DNA of 64,000 bases from Mytilus edulis (lineage: Eukaryota). Below, piece by piece: positions 23,331-35,492 of this stretch. A program made the translations under genes and the position numbers. Under the pieces are notes generated by a model, which saw only the letters and a list, made by a program, of their open reading frames with translations, did not search any database and had not been told where the DNA came from. The stretch covers positions 26,288,001-26,352,000 of the forward strand of contig NC_092347.1 in assembly GCF_963676685.1 (NCBI RefSeq), read 5' to 3'. Numbering within the stretch: the stretch's first letter is position 1; each line of letters begins with the position of its first letter.

Positions 23331-23619
23331 GGTTCCACTAAAGTCAAAATATAGGACACTACAGAAATATCTAAACTTTGCCTGTATTGTTCAACCTATA
23401 TTGAATAAAGTCCTAAACTATGGGAACATATGTTCATTTAAACATACTCTACTTATACACACTGTGAAAATAGTTTATAAACTTGAAATTTTTATGTTGC
23501 GGTTAAACCGGTTAAAACATATGTTCACATAGTTTAGGACTTTATTCATTATAGGTTGAAAAATACAGGCAAAGTTTATATGTTTATGAAGTGTCCTATA
23601 TTTTGACTTTAGTGGAACC
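23331..23619. mobile_element. 289-bp MITE with ~105-bp TIRs and TTAA TSD (Kolobok-like GG..CC termini)
   Basis: TTAA|GGTTCCACTAAAGTCAAAATATAGGACAC ... GTGTCCTATATTTTGACTTTAGTGGAACC|TTAA. Confidence 0.85.
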
Positions 23620-24911
23620 TTAAAGCATTTTGTGTTTCAAAAAGATAAAATCTTATTGAAGAAATAATTGATGCAAGCTATACTTTATTGTAGTTTTAGC
23701 TTGCATCAATTATTTTGATTCTGAATAGGACAATTAAGGTAATTTCTATGTCCGATAAGTATAAGTGTAAAAAAGCGTTTGTGTAGGCTCTTCCATTAAT
23801 CTCCCTTTTTTGTTTGTAAAGAAGCAAACGGCTGGCACTGATTTTTCAGAGGGAGGAGTTTGAACAGCCAGCATGAACGGTTGTCATATTTAGCAATGTT
23901 TAGGTCTGACAAATATGTCAATTTCGGAATGTACATGTAACACATTACAGTCATAATAAATGAGTTAGTAACATCATGTGCCCTATTTAAGAGTTTGAAA
24001 GTGTTTTAAAGTTAAGGAAATATATCAAGTGCATGATAAATTGATTAAATTCATTATTCTGAAGAAGTCAATATACACATGTGCAAACAAATTTTATTGG
24101 ATTTAGAGCATGGGTTTGTTCACAAAGCATAAGAAGCATGTCATATTAGAATCTGTTTGAATCTTGATGGGCACTTTTTCTCATTTCTGCTGTTGTTGTG
24201 AAAATAAACAAAAACCTGTAGTACTAGTACAACTTAGTTCATATCTACACCTTCTGCAGGAACAGTGAAAAATGCCTAGTATCAAAATCCCAAAAAGAAT
24301 TTCTCTTTCTGAAACACAAAATTTATTTACCTTTTTTATATCTAGTAGATGCCAGGCCTCCTAAAGACTTTCCCAACTTGACAGTTGAGTCTGTTATAAG
24401 AATAGTTTGTAAGGTGATAATACAGCCATTTTTGTTCAACTTCAGTTTAGTTACTCAGTAACGTTGATAACATATGAAACTCTGTCATGAGTCAGAATCC
24501 ATATTATGGGGCATATATATTAGAAAACCATTTTGTAATAACAATTTAAATAAGTTTCAAAATTGCAAAAAGATGGTCTTTTAATGTGGATAAAAATGTC
24601 TAATGATGAAAAGCAATTTATATGTGAATTCAGTTGTTATCTTAATTTTTTATTTGAAACAAGAAGGTCAAAAGATATGTACTAATATTCTATTTTGACA
24701 ATAATATAATATGTCGTATGTATGTGCTTAATAACAAAAAGTTTATAAATATTTGATAAGGACCTGGAGTTATCCTCCTTTGTATACCGTTTAGACAGAC
24801 TCTCCCCCTTTTATTATTGAACAATTATTGTTTCTTAGTTGTATTAAAATAATAATAATTGAGCTTGTCTGTATCAGTAACTTTATGTTTATGCTTATTA
24901 GTTATAATTAT

Positions 24912-25180
24912 AGATTATCGTTGATCATCTCAAAGAGATTGATTTTCTCGCTTGAGCTTGTGCAGCGAAAGTGAGAAAAGCAATCGAGTTGAGATGACCA
25001 ATGATAATCTGTTTATCGCTATTTTACCTATGACGACGTTGTCAATTTCATGTCAATTTTGTTAGCAACGCCACATGACCTCCTTAGTTTCTAGCAATAA
25101 TTTTTCCATCTGAAGCGAGAAGCATGATATGAAAATTATCACAAAAAAGATCAAAAGAAAAATGCACAAAATAGCGATAA
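24912..25180. repeat. Hairpin-headed unclassified repeat
   Basis: Imperfect ~45-bp-arm hairpin GATTATCGTTGATCATCTC...GAGATGACCAATGATAATC, followed by the inverted pair TTATCGCTATTTT ... AAAATAGCGATAA. Confidence 0.6.
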
Positions 25181-25467
25181 TGAGCCCTATGATTAGGAAA
25201 ATAAGAAAATATATATATATGTTAACACAGTAATCTCAAGTAAACATGTTTGAAATAAATGACATATGAGGAACAGGGCACCTTGTTAGTGTTGTAATAA
25301 GTGGTGCCATAAGCCACAACATTTCATATCATGGTTATAATGGGGGGAAAGTCTCAAAAATAACAGTTGGACAGACAGGTCTTCAGATATTTGTCTCATT
25401 GGCACTCATACCACATCATCCTATTTATACTTAAATCGGTTTTGAATGATATCTTTCTATTTTTCAG

Positions 25468-27037
25468 GGTTTTAATTTTTGATTTCTGTGATGGTAGAGG
25501 AATGTCCAGCATCAGTTGTGACAAAGTGTGCACAGATAGCAACCCTGTTGAAAATCTGGTATCTGTTCAGTATCAGAATAAAATGGCAGGTTTTATAGGA
25601 GAAAATTTTGTCAGACCTCCTGTAAATGTTACTTTACAATTCCCATGTAATATTGAAGTTTTCCGTGTTATTATTAACCCAGTAGTAGGGGCACAAAAAT
25701 CAAATGGATTTGAAATTTATACATGTTCAAATAAAGTAGACACATCACACTTGCTTCAAAACAAAGTACATGTAGTGTCTAGCAAAAGTTCTTTATTTGT
25801 TCCTATTGGTAAAATGATTGTTGATAAACCTGGAGTTATTTGTTTTACGAATGGTCAGTTTAGATGTGACGAATCTAATAGTTTGGTTCCACCAATGGAT
25901 CAATATTGTTACCATGGCGAACTGAGACATGGAAGATCAAGTGCTTTAAATTTTGTCAGCCATCTTACTGTCAGAATTACAAGAACCGTTAGTGGAAGTG
26001 CAGTGTGTATCAAGAAGTTAGAAGTTTTAGGGAGACCTTCAAAATCATATTCAGATTGTGTCCTCAACAAACTTCAACAATTGTTTTCACCAAGAATACG
26101 AAGTAGTGACGTTTTAGATAAGATTCAAAATGAAAAATCCGACAATGTGCAACAATCAAACTGTGATCTTTTTTCATGTAATGATGTTGATATTCCAGAG
26201 GATTTTATAGACAGTATCACTCAGGAAATTATGACAATGCCAATGGTATTACCATGTGGTAAAAATGTTGACCAGTCAACACTGGAAAAACATGTTTCAG
26301 CAGAAGCCTCATGGGGTAGAATGCCAAGTGATCCCTTCACAGGCATGTTGTTTGACAGTCAGAAAAAGGCAACTCCTAATCTTCCACTGAAGGGGAGGAT
26401 AGATCAGTTTGTTCTTCAGAATTTAGACAAACTGCAAAATATACCAAGGACATTAGGAAGAGATGCGAAGGAAGGACCGTCTACAAGTAGACTTGTGGGT
26501 ACTGAAAATATACAACAATCAACTTGCAAAACTGATACAAAACAAAATGAATATCAACATAACAATGTTGGCAAAAGAAAAAATGTGTTTGATTCTGTTC
26601 TTGACTTGACAAAAACTAGTGATCCGTTTGATGAGGTTTCACTTAATCATGGAAAGAAGTCAAAGAAGGAAAAGATAATAGATTTGACAGCGTGTGATTC
26701 AGAGACATCTACAGAATGTGATGAAATAATTGATCTGACATCTAGTGACGCTCTAAAGGGTTCAAAAACCCATGCATCTGATCTTCAGAGTAGTCTTGAT
26801 AGTGCCTTATTGACAACACTAGGTACATTACCATCATTTACAAAACCTGTTAAAACAAAACAAGCACCTGTTTGTTGTAGCCTTTGTAAAACTGTGGACA
26901 GCCAAATTAATTATAAACTTTCCTGTTGTCATTACATGTGTAGGAGTTGTCTGACAAAGTCTCCAAACACAGTTTTATGTCAAATTTGTAAAATTCCAAC
27001 AGAAAAGAGAGATGCAGTGCGTGCACATATCACATAA
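25468..27037 (+). CDS. UBOX5: RING finger protein 37 / U-box domain-containing protein 5, main coding exon
   Basis: N-terminal ENFVRPPVNVTLQFPCNIEV matches the UBOX5 N-domain; U-box IPEDFIDSITQEIMTMPMVLPCGKNVDQSTLEKH...PSDPFTG; C-terminal RING CSLC...CCHYMCRSC...CQIC. Acceptor tttttcag| at 25467. Start is either ATG 25502 or supplied by an upstream exon. Confidence 0.92.
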
Positions 27038-27810
27038 TTGAATGATAAATTATTCACATAATTCATGTAATTGAATGATAAATTATATATTTTATTTAAG
27101 ATTTGTTTTAATTTACTAGTATTAGTATTCTTCACTTATTCCAGATATGTTTCAAAGCCAGTAGAAAAGTATTGAGCTATACACTAAAACAGAACATTGG
27201 GACACAAGTTTATGAACAAAATACATGTTTTTCTTTGTTGAGCCCTCTTCCTTGCAGATGATAAATTATCATTTGATATATAATTTGGGTAGTTAGATAC
27301 ATGTATTATGCGTTGCAATTTATAATGGTTTACCTACTTTTGACCTAACTAATACCATTGGGCAGAATTCAGATTTTGTTCTTCTCCCTCATCATACCCT
27401 GCAAATATTAATAGTCTAATGAGTAGTTACAAATGATATATGAGTTTTGTTTCGGTTCTGTGTAGGAGCAAATAGGGAGGGGTGTACTTTTTGGCAAACA
27501 TTCTTTTGGGATGAAATTAGAAAATGAATTTAAATGAAAACAATGTTTTTTTTATTCCTGAACAATAAGATTAAAGAAAAGGTTTTTTTTCTTGTCATTT
27601 TCAAGAGTTCACCTAGACATTTCTTTGGTATATATCTGATAAAATACTTTTGCTGATCTGTATTTTAATCAGCTTGTGTTTTGGTTGACCAATGAATCTG
27701 CTGTCCGTCCTTCCTTTCCATCAGAAAAAATGACAACCTGTTGCTTATAGAACCTGGGAAACAGACAAATTTAACATTGACCAATAAACCATAAGAATTA
27801 TTTCAAGTAC

Positions 27811-27908
27811 TATATATACCATGGTTTTTACGAGTTAACATATTTAAACAAACGAATCCGAAGGATGAGTTTGTTTAAATATGTTAATGAGTAAGACACA
27901 TGGTATAT
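27811..27908. repeat. Imperfect ~45-bp-arm hairpin
   Basis: TATATACCATG..TTAACATATTTAAACAAAC / GTTTGTTTAAATATGTTAA..CATGGTATATA; the motif ATATACCATGGTTTT recurs near 28931. Confidence 0.7.
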
Positions 27909-28788
27909 AAAATTTGTAATATAAATAAAATGATTGACAGCTTCAAGACCTTCAACTTATATTGGAAATTGATCACGTTGCAGTTTTATCCAATGAAATG
28001 GAAGCTCGCGCAAGTCACTTTTGCGCCTCGTGTTAGTCTTCTGTATATTTCATGTAATAGAACCCCTGAATTTGCAAAAAAGAAAGGAAATGTCGGATTT
28101 TCCCGATTTTTATTTAGTTTTACGCGCCGTCTATGATTGTTTCCACAGGTAATTTCATAATGTCATCAGACTGAGGTAAACAGAAATATAGGATTCCAGC
28201 GACAAGGATTAAATAATTATTCCAATGACGGTAAGAATAGTTTTTTGTTTTTGTTTTCAAGGTATCAAACAAATTAATCATATTTTATAGAATTTTTATC
28301 TCATTGAAAAATGCATATTTATACATTTCTAGTTTTCGTACAAACTGCTTTTCTTCCGTTGTTTGATTAATTCGATTATTAGATTATTTATTAAAACACA
28401 ATTTAAATGATAAAACACTGTATTTAAATAGTAGCGGATCCAGGGAGCGTAGATAGTGTACGTTCCCCTAAAATCATGTTTTTTTCAGATATTTGTAGCC
28501 TATATTTATTCCCTTTTCTATAGGTACCCCCTTTTATAAATCGATATTAAATTGGATTTTCGCAAAGGAAATGGTAGTTTCACATTTCATTTTTTTTCAC
28601 AACTAAAAGAAGAAATATTTAGTAAATGTTTCCAAAATTAGGGAAATTCGTTACAATCCTTTATAGTTTGAAAAAGGGTTCACATAATTAATTGCTTATT
28701 GTTATAAAATGAAAACAAATGAAGATCTTGACCTTTTAGTACGTTTAACAGTTTCCTAAATATATAAGAGGCGGATACATTTAAAAAA

Positions 28789-28864
28789 AAAAAAGGTGGA
28801 GCTTCAGCCATGGAATAACATGAAAATGAATATGTTATACCATGGCTGAAGCTCCGCCTTTTTT
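28789..28864. repeat. Hairpin with ~33-bp arms
   Basis: AAAAAAGGTGGAGCTTCAGCCATGGAATAACAT ... ATGTTATACCATGGCTGAAGCTCCGCCTTTTTT. Confidence 0.75.
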
Positions 28865-29761
28865 CCTTTGGATTCTAGTTGAGTTGCATATTTAATTAGC
28901 AAAGTATGGTACAACATCAATTTGCATATAATATACCATGGTTTTCCCTCACCACACTTTTTAATCAAATTATTTCATAAAAACATCAAAGCAAAAAATC
29001 CAATTTATGTTACAAGTTCAGTTGAACCATGGCAGACATACATTGTACACTTGCATGTACACCTTACAATCATTCTAAACACCAAACGTAGTGCCCCTGT
29101 TGGTTATACATGTAGTACATGAGGAACAGACCAAACCGCTTTTACTTAACATTAACCAATTCAATTAACCATCAAAAAGAGGTAAAGCCAAAGGTCAGAT
29201 GAATCATACCAGTCCACACAGATACATAAACATAACAATCATTCAATGTTTGCCAAATATAGGGGCCTATACTGTCCCCTAATACTTATATTTCATAAGT
29301 AACTGACAAAACCATAAAAAACAATATGGACCTTGAAATTGATGTAAAGGTCATTATGAATCCTGCCAGACGGATATGTACATTTTACAATCATTCCATA
29401 CACTAAATTTAGTTCACCTTTTAATTTGTGTATAGTATCAAAAATTGACAAACAATTATGAAAAGTTAACATTGACCAATGAAGCATGAAAATGAGGTCT
29501 ATATGATATAAAACCTAACAGATAGAATAGATGTGTACACCAGGACGAATGTATATGAATAAAATCGTCACATAAGGTATCCATATACATAGTATTAAAT
29601 TGTATACATTACACTGCTGGATTGTAACCCTATTTCTCGCTCTCTGAAATTCGTATTCGACAGGATAAAAAATGGACTTATATTTTTTATAAGCCAATGT
29701 AGGCTGTCTATGTAAGTCAGATAGAATCTTGGGGACATATTCATGATATTGTTGCTAGAAT

Positions 29762-29793
29762 CAGAAACATATATACACACATATATGTCTCTG
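29762..29793. mobile_element. 32-bp palindrome with 7-bp TSD (P-element-like footprint)
   Basis: CTAGAAT-CAGAAACATATATACACACATATATGTCTCTG-CTAGAAT. Confidence 0.7.
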
Positions 29794-29994
29794 CTAGAAT
29801 AGACGGAGATCTGGGAGTATACACCAATGAAACAATTATCCTAAATAAAAAAAAGTACAAAAGTTCAAAATATAGTCATCAACAATCTGAGACTACTATA
29901 ACACATAGTTAGTGTTGTAGTAGTCTCAGTCAACAACAAACTAATATATATTAAGCTATTAAAGGTCATAAAACTAATTACTCAGTAGATCATT

Positions 29995-30370
29995 TGATGA
30001 GTTTATTTACAACCACTGGGTCGATGCCACTGCTGGTGGAGATTTATTTCCCAGAGGGTATCAAAAGCCCAGTAGTTAGCACTTTTTGTGCTGACATGAA
30101 TTGTCATTGATGTGGTTATATTTATAAATTTACTGTTTACAAATTTTTGAATTTTTTTAAATACTGAGGCTTTTCTACCTCAGTCATAGATTACCTTAGC
30201 TGTATTTGGCAAAACTTTTAGGAATTTTGGTCCTCAATGCTTTTCAACTTCGTATTTTATTTGGCCTTTTTAACTTTTTAGGATTCGAGCGTCACTGATG
30301 AGTCTTCTGTAGACGAAACGCGCGTCTGTCGTATATACTAAAATTAGTCCTGGTATCTATGATGAGTTTA
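29995..30370 (+). mobile_element. Non-LTR retrozyme monomer (~365 bp)
   Basis: Bounded by direct repeat TGATGAGTTTA (29995-30005 and 30360-30370); non-coding; contains a hammerhead core. Confidence 0.75.
30289..30332 (+). ncRNA. Minimal type I hammerhead ribozyme
   Basis: Stem I GCGTCA; core CTGATGA (30295-30301); stem II GTCT-tctgt-AGAC; GAAA; short palindromic stem III ACGCGCGT; cleavage after GTC at 30326; stem I' TGTCGT (one mismatch). Confidence 0.82.
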
Positions 30371-31570
30371 TATTCATACAGCAACATCATGATACAGGAT
30401 AGCACTTAGTCTATCTAGTGCAATGCTCAAATTACCTGTTCAATATTTTAATGCAGAAAAATGATCGAAACATTTGTATCTTTCTTTAAACTATGCCACT
30501 CATTTATCGAGAATATAATGGCATTTCATTTTCTATATGATATTATAGAGCAGCCCAATTCTTAGGATTAGCAGTTTAATTTTGTCCATCTATCATCTTC
30601 ATGTATTATGAAGCTTTCAAACATGTTTGACCACTGGGCAATACAACTGATCTTACTTACCCCTTCTTTGCCTTAATCATATTGATTCAATACTAGGAGG
30701 CTCTTGCTGCGATATACAACATCTCACTGTCTTAAAACACTAATCAATCTTTCAATCGAATTTACCGGATAGAAACAAATATTACCCTCAATCTTAATTC
30801 TGGAATACGTTCTTTTTTCTGTTAAAAAAATCAACACCATTTCTCACACTTGCTGGGAAAATGTTAAAAAAAATCCTTTACACTGTATTTGAAATAAAAG
30901 GTTCAATTTTCTAGATAATGGTCTTAATATAAGTTTTTGTGTCTAATCCAAAAAAAAAGTAATCCCAACGCTCGAAATATTTCGTGTTGCAATTTGTCCC
31001 TTTTTGTTTCCATGATATCCAATTCCTTTTGATATAATTATTATTTTTAATTCGTACTAGTATTCAATATAACAACAGGCGCAGTGTCCATATATAAATA
31101 TATATATGGACAATATTTTCTTCCCATTGCCCATATTTTATTGACTATTGACAGAACGTGTAGTGTCTGTGATATAGATTCCCTTTTTTGTGTTTCTTTG
31201 GAAAGTTCATATAAAAATCACAGAAAAACACAAACATCTAGAGTCTGATAGTCTGGACGTTAGTAAAAAAAATAAGGGGAACGCATAGTCAGGCCCAATC
31301 CCCTGGTCGCACGCCCTTGAATCGTATTGGAAGAGAAATCGGGAGCTTTAGAATTTCCATCTTGAAGTATCGGCTGTGATTAAAATCTTTACAGAAATGG
31401 GTTTAGTGTAGGTATAAAAGAAATAACAGGTTTTACGAATGCTAATATCAATCACGGTTGTCTCTAAGAGAGTCTTTGACACATTCCCCTTTTGCCATTC
31501 TCAATTGTATTGTTCGAAACTCCTTCTCAACTAACTCTAGCCAATTTTTATCTTTCTTAATTGAATTTTA

Positions 31571-33859
31571 GGGTCTCACCAATTAGCGACAACAAGAATT
31601 ATTTTAGCGACAAGAAGACTATTTAGCGACAAGAAAACATTTTTTTTTATTAGATATAAAGAAATTTGTATTTAATGTTTTTTTTTAAATATACGAGCAG
31701 ATATTTCTAATTAAAATGTTTTATTATACAGATAGACGAAGAAATGAAACATTTGTGAGGAAGAAAGAGATTGTGAAGTTTATATTAGTATATTGGTAGA
31801 TGAAGAAATTAAACATTTGTGAAGAAGAAAGAGATTGAGCTTCTTTTTTTTTATTTTTAAATATGAAGAATATGTATAAGATAATGTATGTATCTGTTTT
31901 CATCAAAGTCAAAGTATGAATAAACGAATGGAGATATATATGGAGCTGGCATAATGGAATATAATATTTTGATTCATTTGCTTAATACTATGCTCTAAGT
32001 GTACTCTTGTTATGTCAATTCGATGCTTTATTTGTAGAACTCTCAGCCACGCTTTGCCATCTTTATTATTTAAGCGTGTTTCCAGACCCCACAACGAGGA
32101 CGTGGTTCTACCTTGGGGTCCATATAATTTTATTTTATTTTTATTTTTTTTTTAATTATTTTTAGTCATTATATAGTAATATGTACATTCCTATCTAACA
32201 TAATATTTATACCTTTTGTACATGGTGGTCCCATTTTGATAAGCCGTAGATTTTTACCACTAAGGTTCACTGTATTTTTGCCCTTTTTGAAGTTGTAGTT
32301 TTAGCATTTTTAATACGTTTCTGTTGGCAAGGTTTACGTGCACATGCACTTGTTTTGGGGATTGTCAGCCCACCATCTGTTGAAGTGGTGGACTCTGGGA
32401 TTGCGTTTCACTTTCTCCCATGAGTCAAGAATTTTTGCAATGCAAAAACCTTATTTTCTCCGATTTAATCTGCCATAGAGCTTTTGTGCATTGAAAATGG
32501 CTTACTGAGGAGCTTAGCTCAAAGTCTCCATGTCCATAAAGTGCGCCATTGACAAGACTTTCTTGCAACTTTATTTCTTTGTGAATTTTATAAATTAACT
32601 CTGGAAGTTTCTCAGGCTTCCAATCTTGATTTAGTTTCAAGATGTGATTGATAGATTCACAATTATTGTTTTTCCATTGCAATGGAATTCTCGACTCTGA
32701 TTTTCGAGCATTGTACACGTAATCCCTTATAGTAGGAATAACTTTTTGCGTAAGATATGGACCAACGAGGTCTTCATATTTTCTTTCAATATCTGTAACC
32801 TTAGTGGAAAAATCTACCGTCATATCTGCTTCTATCAGACCGTTATCCCCAAATAAGTCTGATAAAATTTGTTTTGCGTTCTTGTCATTTACGCCAACCT
32901 TTGTTCTCAAATGCCTTGTAACATTTTCACTCAAGTGCCTTGTGCACAATGTGAGTTCAGATGTTGGAAAACTGTCTTTGATAGCTTTTACTAAAGCCTT
33001 TTCCTCATCTGAACCAATCACAAGATTGCTATAACTAAGCAAGGTATCACTTATTGTTGTATCAAGCACTGAGGCAATATGAGTAAAAAAACGTTGGTAG
33101 GTGTGGCAAGCACCATCCCAATGCAAATAAATTGGTCCCATTATTATTGGGCGCGTGTCCCCTGTTTTATTGCTACCTTAACATCCAATTAACACCTTCA
33201 ACTTTGTACACGCGTCAGACTATACAATTACACGCGCCAGAATATACAATCATTGTAAATAGTGAACACCTGTTGAAAACTCAAGATTGTCATTAATTTC
33301 ATTTCATCTTCAACCAATATGCATAAACATGATAAATATCGTTTAATGAGGCAATAAACAAATAAAAAGATGAAAACATTCACATTTCAATTTCTTTTCC
33401 TCTTGTTTGATTTCAGTTCTTTGTATTTCACAATTTGTGTCAATATTTTCAGGACAATGATGCACAAATAATTCATTTTGCGAGCTTAATATATATTGCA
33501 CGAAAAGAGTTTTAAAAAACAAATTATCAGATAAATAATAAATTCTAAAACACAAGGAAAAGTAAACTCATAATACAATAATTAAACGTAATACTGGCTG
33601 TTATAAATTATAGATGATAAACTATTATGTAAATAATGTTTCATTTTTTTCTATCAATTTTAACTTTCTTGTCGCTAAAATTATTTTCTTTTGCATATTC
33701 TTTTAATATTTATTGCAATAATTAATTTCAATTAAAAACAATATGTTTTCTTGTCGCTAAATAGTTTCTTTTCGCTAAAATAATTCTTGTTGTCGCTTCT
33801 TGTCGCTTGTTGACGCTTCTTGTCGCTAAAATTCTTGTTGTCGCTAATTAGTGAGACCG
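31571..33859 (-). mobile_element. Internally deleted Mutator-like (MULE) DNA transposon
   Basis: TIRs GGTCTCACCAATTAGCGACAACAAGAAT / ATTCTTGTTGTCGCTAATTAGTGAGACC with subterminal TAGCGACAAGAA repeats; flanking GAATTTT(A/C) duplication at 31563-31570 and 33860-33867. Confidence 0.85.
32425..33141 (-). pseudogene. MULE transposase fragment
   Basis: IGSDEEKALVKAI...LCTRH (second D and CxxH) and NNNCESINH (catalytic E); N-terminal part with the first D is missing. Confidence 0.85.
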
Positions 33860-34068
33860 GAATTTTCATACATCATGTCTTGTAATGTCGACAAAAATGG
33901 TCTTATATTTACAAAAGTTTTGTATAGTTACTGTCTAATAGTAACTTAGTGAGACTATACAAATCCTTGTAGTTACACAAATAAAACGTTGGGACAATTA
34001 AATTTCCGTAAATCAGTCCGATCAAGGTTTCCAATTTTACTGAACTTTGTTGTTTTTCCGGTCATGAA

Positions 34069-35492
34069 ATGGTCCATGCATTTCTTATCCACACTCTTAT
34101 TCCAGGTTCTACGAAACTTCTTTACCATCAAATATATGCCCAAGATAGTCAGTTAAGTCAAGTTCCAGACAATGGTGTCATTGGAGAAAGGAAACGGTGT
34201 TTAGTAGAGTGTGCTGCACAGGTAAGATCAAATATGATTCAGCCACGCCCCCTTTTAACCTTTTAACAGTAACATAAAACAAACGATGATTCGTATCGAT
34301 TTATCAAGAGACGATTTATTTTTGTTTATGTTCACTTATTTACATTTGTTTAAGTCTTGTTTGTTCATTTTGATTATGCCGCAAAATTGAACCATATACT
34401 TGGCAAATTGTACAACGTTGCCGTAATTGAAAGCATGAAAGGCGGAAGATTTAAAAGGGATAGTTGAAGACAGAGACATATAAAAAAATTAGTATACATG
34501 TCTCTGTTGAAGACAAACTGATTCTCGATCGGCATTCCAACAAAACAAAAAAATCAAACAAATAAACAAACAAAATAAATTATGAAAAAAACAAATGACG
34601 AAAAAAAGAAAAAAAAGCAGTGTAATAAACACAACATAGAAAATGAAAGACCGAAACTGGAAGACTGTCAACACGAACTCAACCATAACATTTCGTGATG
34701 CCACCAACCGTGTGGCTCATGCACGTAACAATTTGGTGTTGAGTCTCGTTCGCTGATGTCACATTTGAGGAAAAGATGATGCTAAGAATGTGGTCATGAC
34801 AATAAGAACATATCCATCGTCATCTGTGAAACAAATATTCCATAACGGCCAATTAACTCGTCGGATGTCGTCAGTATCTTTTTTCTTGACTTCTTAATTT
34901 CATTCATTTTTGAAACGACTACATATTTCATGTCATAATGTAGTCATCAAATTCCTGGAGGCACTTAAATGATCTTAAATCTCTGATCAAATTATGTTTT
35001 TATTTCTTGTGATCTCTATTATAGACCTAATAAATAACTGTATAGGACTTTGAAAACTTTCAAAATTTGCAGGTGCATTCAGAATATCAGTTCAGAAGAG
35101 CAGTACTTGGACGATCAGTGGAAGATGATGTACAAAGAATTCACAGTGAAGATACGTTACCCGAGTTTGAATTAGGATATACACGATTAGAAAAAGACTC
35201 TCCCTTCAAAACAGAGAAAATTGCCGTTTGGTTAGGGGCAGGATATACATGTTTTACATTGATTTGTGAAAAGACAGAAAACCGAATGTTGGCGGAGACG
35301 GTGCTTAAGACATTAATCCGATTTTTACAACAACATGTCGGTTTATTGACTTCACCCACTGAAGCCTGTACAAAACCAGAAAGAATATCAGTGATTTTGG
35401 ACAAGTTTTTGCCCCAAGGAAACTTACTTTTCACGAACCACAGAGTGATAAGACAGCTTGAAAAGGAAACAGAGAGCATTATAAAACAATAA
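34069..35492 (+). CDS. AP5S1: AP-5 complex subunit sigma-1; coding exons 34069-34221 and 35073-35492 (190 aa)
   Basis: N-terminus MVHAFLIHTL is as in vertebrate AP5S1; VWLG, ENRMLAETVL and FLPQGNLLF motifs; phase-0 intron CAG|gtaaga ... ttgcag|GTG. Confidence 0.93.
34471..34506. mobile_element. 36-bp element with inverted ends and 7-bp TSD (P-element-like footprint) in the AP5S1 intron
   Basis: TTGAAGA-CAGAGACATATAAAAAAATTAGTATACATGTCTCTG-TTGAAGA. Confidence 0.72.

Noticed and set aside
25367-25467. N-terminal 34 aa of the 556-aa ORF
   Set aside because: Non-ATG start, overlaps a dispersed repeat motif (25391-25420), and lies upstream of a clear splice acceptor; intronic.
28140-28240. ATGACG|gtaaga as a first exon of AP5S1
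   Set aside because: AP5S1 already starts with its conserved MVHAF at 34069 and has no good acceptor just upstream; the site lies in a hairpin-headed repeat-like region.
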